The notes under the pieces were generated by a model. That model was not told the DNA's origin. It was given only the letters and a program-made list of their open reading frames with translations, and did no database searches. From Labilibaculum sp. (GTDB lineage: Bacteria > Bacteroidota > Bacteroidia > Bacteroidales > Marinifilaceae), in NCBI RefSeq assembly GCF_963664555.1, contig NZ_OY761461.1, positions 3,511,769 through 3,575,768 on the forward strand: a DNA stretch of 64,000 nt, written 5' to 3'. Numbering within the stretch: position 1 is the stretch's first letter; each line of letters starts with the position of its first letter. This document shows positions 60,367-64,000 of the stretch, in pieces. Made by a program: the position numbers and the translations under genes.

Positions 60367-61305
60367 CTACTTTACCATGGATTTTTTAACCTTTTTTACC
60401 GAAATAATATTCTTCTGATTCAATGGAAGAGTATTATCCCAGCGATAGGCAACAAAAACACCATCATTGGCAATACAACCATCCACGCAGCACAAATTAT
60501 TACGAACAATACCTGCTTTATCTCCCAAACAATAATGTCCGAAAAATACAGGATATTCGTCTTCGGAATAAAGTGGAATATCAAAGTAGAGTTGAGATGG
60601 AATGGTGTATTGGGGTAAGTGAAATCTATTTCCAAATGAAATCTCTTCAAAACTTTTCCCATTCATTGGCTCCCACCATTTAATCCGATAAGCTGAACGT
60701 TTAAAACCATAATCATCTTTCAAAACCAAATTATCAGGAAAAGCAAACTCTCTGCCTTTTAACAAAAGCATGGTCGCGTCGAATACTTTACCTCTTTCAA
60801 AATTTATTTTTCTTAAAAACTCCTTACTCAAGCAATTTTCCGGATTTTCTTTCTTCAGAAGTTCAATAGCTTCCTGATCCCAGCAAGCATGAACAACACG
60901 AAATCCATCCAACTCAATATATAATGGCAAAGACCGTAACCATTTCAAGTAAGATTTTCGTTTCACCTTATCTAATTTGAACTCTTCGTAAGTCTTTTTT
61001 ATTTGTGTTTTGTTCTTCAGATTATGCCCTCTTAAAAAAAGACCATCACTGTCTTTGGTATAAAAAGTAAGTACATTCAGTTCGTGATTTCCCACTATAG
61101 CATAGGCATTACCTGCAGTAACCATTTCACGGATAATTCGGAGTGTCTCAAAAATATGGGGTCCCCGATCTACATAATCTCCAACAAAAACAGCTTTTCT
61201 TTCAGGATGAAAATATCCTTCCTTTCCTTCAATGTAGTCAAGACTATGCAACATATGTTTCAATGTTGCAGCTTCACCATGAATATCTCCAATAATATCG
61301 TACAC
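60367..61305 (-). CDS. Metallophosphoesterase (PPP/ApaH/PrpE-like)
   Basis: IGDIHG, VGDYVDRGP, VGNHE, VHACW, FFGHY. Confidence 0.88.
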   Translation of the reverse strand: MYDIIGDIHGEAATLKHMLHSLDYIEGKEGYFHPERKAVFVGDYVDRGPHIFETLRIIREMVTAGNAYAIVGNHELNVLTFYTKDSDGLFLRGHNLKNKTQIKKTYEEFKLDKVKRKSYLKWLRSLPLYIELDGFRVVHACWDQEAIELLKKENPENCLSKEFLRKINFERGKVFDATMLLLKGREFAFPDNLVLKDDYGFKRSAYRIKWWEPMNGKSFEEISFGNRFHLPQYTIPSQLYFDIPLYSEDEYPVFFGHYCLGDKAGIVRNNLCCVDGCIANDGVFVAYRWDNTLPLNQKNIISVKKVKKSMVK

Positions 61306-61403
61306 GCTAATCTTTATTTTTTATTCAAATCAAAAATATAAAAAAATCCTGAAAACAAATTCTCAGGATTAAAATCATATCAGTCAATAAAGAGGCAAAC
61401 CTC

Positions 61404-62876
61404 TTACAAGTTAAACAAATCATTAACAACAATCTTTTTCTTGGCTTTTTTATCTCCACTGTAGAAAAACTCATTTGTTTTGCGATTGTAGGAATAATCA
61501 TTTTTCCAGTCTTCGAAATTCTCAACAATTTTCTCCAAACTATCAATAAAAAACAAAACCTCTTTATTCGCTGTTGTAGGATGCAGAGACCAACGCACCC
61601 ATCCTGGCTTGTGAGTTAAATCGCCTGAAGTAATTTCACTTGTAATAGCATCTGATTGCTCCTGACTCACCTCCAACAGATAATGTCCATAGGTTCCTGC
61701 ACACGCACAGCCACCTCTTACTTGAATTCCAAAACGGTCATTCAACAGTTTCACCAATAGGTTGTAATGAATGTACTCAACGTAAAAAGACAATATTCCC
61801 AAACGGGATTTAATATTCTCGGCAAGTACATGTACATCTTTTACTGCTTTTAAACGCTCAAACGCCAAATCGAGAAGCTCTTCTTCTCTTGCCGCAATAT
61901 TTTTAGTTCCCATCTGATTTTTCACTTCAATTGCCAAAGCAATTCGAATCGACTGCAGAAATCCAGGTGTTCCACCATCCTCACGGGCTTCAATACTATC
62001 AACATATTTGTATTTTCCCCATGGATTGGTCCAATCTACTGTTCCTCCTCCCGGATTATCCGGAACCTCATTTTTATATAGCTTCGAATCAAAAATCATT
62101 ACTCCGGAAGAACCCGGACCACCTAAAAATTTATGAGGAGAGAAGAAAATCCCATCCAATTTTTCCAATTCATCTTCAGGATGCATGTTGATATCAACGT
62201 AAGGTGCTGAAGCCGCAAAATCAATAAAACAAATTCCACCAAATTCATGCATTAATTTAGCCATTTGATGAAATGGAGTCGCAATACCGGTTACATTCGA
62301 ACAGGCAGTAAAGGATCCAATTTTCATTTTACGCTCCTTGTATTTCTCCAACTGATTTCTCAACTCGTTCAAATCAATGGTCAAATCATTCGCCGGAGGA
62401 ATCACAACCACATCAACATTGGTTTCGTACCATGAAGTTTGATTGGAGTGATGCTCCATGTGAGTAATAAAAACAACTGGTTTTTCTCTTTCTTTTTGAC
62501 AAGCGTGCCGGCCTAAAATCCCACAACCTTTCAAGCCTAAGATCCTTTGCAGCTTATTAATAACTGCAGTCATTCCGAAACCAGCATGAATAATTACATC
62601 ATCAGGACCAGCATTTACATGCTTTTTAATCAACTCTTGAGCCCGGCGATACGATTGAGTCATTAAGGTACCTGTTTCGTTAGTTTCGGTATGTGTGTTT
62701 GCCACATATGGCCCAAATTCTTTGGCTATTTTCTTTTCGATAGGTGCATATAAGCGACCGCTTGCAATCCAATCGCCGTAAACAATTTTTTGCTTTCCGA
62801 ATGGGGAATAAAAACCAGCATCGTGACCGATCGTATTTTTACGAAACTTCTTAAAATATTTTTCCAGATTACTCAT
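61404..62876 (-). CDS. Class V aminotransferase (cysteine desulfurase-like)
   Basis: DWIASGR, ANTHTE, MEHHSN, DFAAS, FSPHKFLGGPG, GTPG, RGGCACAG. Confidence 0.9.
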   Translation of the reverse strand: MSNLEKYFKKFRKNTIGHDAGFYSPFGKQKIVYGDWIASGRLYAPIEKKIAKEFGPYVANTHTETNETGTLMTQSYRRAQELIKKHVNAGPDDVIIHAGFGMTAVINKLQRILGLKGCGILGRHACQKEREKPVVFITHMEHHSNQTSWYETNVDVVVIPPANDLTIDLNELRNQLEKYKERKMKIGSFTACSNVTGIATPFHQMAKLMHEFGGICFIDFAASAPYVDINMHPEDELEKLDGIFFSPHKFLGGPGSSGVMIFDSKLYKNEVPDNPGGGTVDWTNPWGKYKYVDSIEAREDGGTPGFLQSIRIALAIEVKNQMGTKNIAAREEELLDLAFERLKAVKDVHVLAENIKSRLGILSFYVEYIHYNLLVKLLNDRFGIQVRGGCACAGTYGHYLLEVSQEQSDAITSEITSGDLTHKPGWVRWSLHPTTANKEVLFFIDSLEKIVENFEDWKNDYSYNRKTNEFFYSGDKKAKKKIVVNDLFNL

Positions 62877-63200
62877 TTAGATTAGGCTTATGTATGTTAT
62901 TGTTGTTTGTGTCGCAATTTATTAATTATCCTTTCTTTAAGGACAACTAAAATCCTCTTATGGGTGAAATATTATCAAAAAAAATATTCATTAATTTCAT
63001 TCAGTAAAACGCGTGTGAAATTAGATATTCTTCAAATGAAAATCAAGGAGTTTTTGCAGGTTTTTAGCTATTTAGATATTCAAGTAGTTGTACTGAAATA
63101 CATTTACAATTTTTTAATACATACAACTTGTTTAGAACAGGCTAATCAGCTATTTTTGAAACTCGTTAAAATCAAGTGCATTCTTACAATATAAAAGTAA

Positions 63201-64000
63201 ATGAAAACTATCATACAACTCTTTGAGAACAGCGTTGATCTATTTGGTGAAAATCCTTTCCTGTGGGAGAAAACCAATTCAGAATATCAATCTGTTAGTT
63301 ACCAGTCACTATACGAAGAAGTGCTGCTTTTTGCCGCTGGTTTATGTTCATTAGGGATTCAAAAAGCAGATCGAATCGGGCTTCTTTCTGAAGGTAGAAA
63401 TGCATGGGTGCTGTCGGAGCTTGGGATTTTATTTTCCGGTGCAGTAAATGTTCCTTTATCGGTAAAGTTAGATGCTCAAAATGAACTGAAATTTCGATTG
63501 AATCATTCCGAAGCCCGTATGCTTGTTGTTTCAAAAAATCATCTCGAGAAAATCAGATTGATTAAAGACCAGTTGGAAAGTATTGAAACCATAATTGTTC
63601 TAGATGAAAATACTGAGCTTCAAGAGAAGGAAATTTCACTTTCTCAACTCCTAAAAATGGGTGAAGAGTTATCTGAAAATGATAAATCCAAACTTAAAGA
63701 GATTCAAAAAAACATTGAGGCAGATGATGATGCAAACATCTCTTACACTTCAGGAACCACAGCTGATCCGAAAGGTATTATTCTTACACACAACAACTAC
63801 GCGAGTAATGTGTATCAGGCATCGAACCTGATGGAAATTCCTGCCAACTTTAAAACCTTATTGATACTCCCCTGGGATCATTCATTTGCACACACAGCGG
63901 GAATTTACAGTTTCATGCTTAAAGGAGCTTCGATTGCTGCTGTTCAGCAAGGTAAATCGCCTATGGAAGCATTAAAGAACATCCCCAATAATATAAAAGA
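63201..64000 (+). CDS. Long-chain fatty acid-CoA ligase (partial, runs off the window)
   Basis: Open frame from ATG 63201: MKTIIQLFE...GIQKADRIGLLSEGR...SYTSGTTADPKG (AMP-binding motif)...LPWDHSF. Confidence 0.9.
   Translation, partial: MKTIIQLFENSVDLFGENPFLWEKTNSEYQSVSYQSLYEEVLLFAAGLCSLGIQKADRIGLLSEGRNAWVLSELGILFSGAVNVPLSVKLDAQNELKFRLNHSEARMLVVSKNHLEKIRLIKDQLESIETIIVLDENTELQEKEISLSQLLKMGEELSENDKSKLKEIQKNIEADDDANISYTSGTTADPKGIILTHNNYASNVYQASNLMEIPANFKTLLILPWDHSFAHTAGIYSFMLKGASIAAVQQGKSPMEALKNIPNNIK

Noticed and set aside
1-64000. tRNA, rRNA, CRISPR arrays, integrases, reverse transcriptases
   Set aside because: None recognised by eye on either strand; tRNAscan-SE, barrnap and CRISPRCasFinder would be needed to exclude them formally.

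Overview
Bacteroidota chromosomal window; TAnnTTTG promoter boxes, a complete Bat operon and the gene content suggest a Marinifilaceae-like genome (inference). It is mostly housekeeping: truA-rnhA, moxR-DUF58-batABCDE, trans-sulfuration enzymes, two U32 proteins, tatD-tcdA, ogt, citrate synthase and aconitase, prfC and an acyl-CoA synthetase. A 6S-like RNA lies at about 26.66-26.83 kb on the minus strand. Accessory elements: (i) a 1047-aa SIR2-STAND NTPase-TPR protein ending in a cold-shock/OB domain, an AVAST/Avs5-like antiphage candidate, followed by a structured intergenic segment and an orphan helical protein; (ii) an intact IS1182-family element whose ends form hairpins at a host terminator; (iii) an XRE-HipA toxin-antitoxin pair with a third Cys-rich membrane gene, next to an orphan FIST histidine kinase; (iv) a second, uncharacterised MoxR locus (RDD / SpoIIM-DUF4129-DUF4350-MoxR-DUF58). 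No CRISPR array, rRNA or tRNA was recognised. All family calls come from motif recognition, not database searches.
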